A stretch of 63,445 nt of DNA, filler included, from Folioceros fuciformis (lineage: Eukaryota), in the NCBI GenBank assembly GCA_049999805.1. It is 4 parts of 4 records of this genome, joined end to end, with 100 filler letters (N's around TTAATTAATTAA, not from the genome) between each part and the next. Parts side by side here need not be neighbours in the genome. Positions count along the whole stretch, not along the records: positions 61,775 to 63,445 come from JBNGIO010005500.1; 3 more parts are not named here. The stretch is one strand, 5' to 3'. The notes beneath the pieces were generated by a model that saw only the letters and a list, made by a program, of their open reading frames with translations, did not search any database and was not told where the DNA came from. Below, piece by piece: positions 62,901-63,445 of this stretch (its first letter is position 1; every line of letters starts with the position of its first letter). Made by a program: the position numbers and the translations under genes.

Positions 62901-63300
62901 CAACACCCCTTTCCCCTTTCTCACAACCTCATCAATCAACACATATGAGCAGCAATCTAGAGGGAGCCAGGCTGGCTCCATACGTTGCTCTCCACAATAA
63001 AATCAGCAGATACGGGGGATGCAAAAACCCTCACTGAATCTAGCTCCCTGTGATCAACAAGTTAGAGAGAAAAGATAGTTCTTGGGAGGCGGCTCTTCGC
63101 TCCGTTCGCTCACATCGCTCCTTCTCACTGCTTCAACCTGCCTTGCATGCAACCTATGCCTCCTCCAACTCACAGACCCCTAGGATCCTCTGCCTCCAGA
63201 TTGCTCCCTGATCACGGAAGGAAAAAAAACAAAAAGAAGGGGCAGCCGCCGCGTTCCTTCTCCCCCTTGGCAGCCTCACGGCCTCTTCACTAGCTAAGAT
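59987..63300. mobile_element. Probable transposon-derived remnants in gap-flanked small contigs
   Basis: No spliceable host gene. A possible LTR edge TGTCAGAA on the minus strand at about 62056 is preceded by a purine-rich tract. No diagnostic TE domain was recognised. Confidence 0.35.
60520..60636. repeat. About 40-bp tandem repeat, 3 copies
   Basis: GATCCTACCAGACACTGTACAGCCGGCAACAC units. Confidence 0.9.
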
Positions 63301-63305
63301 CACAA

Positions 63306-63445
63306 CCTCTCCACTGTGGCAGCGTCACTGCCTCTCCACTGTGGCGGCGTCACTGCCTCTCCACTGTGGCAGCGTCACTGCCTCTCCACTGTGGCGGCGT
63401 CACTGCCTCTCCACTGTGGCGGCGTCACTGCCTCTCCACTGTGGC
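63306..63445. repeat. 25-bp tandem repeat running to the window end
   Basis: CCTCTCCACTGTGGCRGCGTCACTG, about 5.6 copies. Confidence 0.95.

Overview
Eukaryotic, gene-dense land-plant DNA with short introns and roughly 50% GC. The compact layout suggests a seed-free plant such as a hornwort, but that is inference. The assembly has several N gaps. Recognisable intron-containing genes: RlmH-like SPOUT methyltransferase, VPS26, TMEM41/VTT membrane protein, a PUB38-41-like ARM protein (5' end in a gap), TMEM53/DUF829, RUS4-like, proteasome alpha-6, PAK1IP1/MAK11-like WD40, GGCT2/ChaC, TatD and ATG7. There is also an intronless SPARK/RKF3-like receptor kinase. Non-genic elements include a decayed full-length Ty1/copia element, a PPR pseudogene and several minisatellites. 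Two things stand out. (1) A 4-exon gene (54288-57136, minus strand, about 813 aa) appears to fuse an N-terminal helical-bundle domain (MLKL/HeLo/UND-like by inference), a U-box, a TPR-like hairpin and five tandem calmodulin N-lobe-like modules (10 EF-hands). (2) A five-gene tandem cluster (11406-26542) encodes secreted two-domain potato-inhibitor-I (MEROPS I13)-like proteins with predicted P1 residues Q/R/E/R/E. The cluster was built by an A-B pair duplication and is interrupted by nested repeats.
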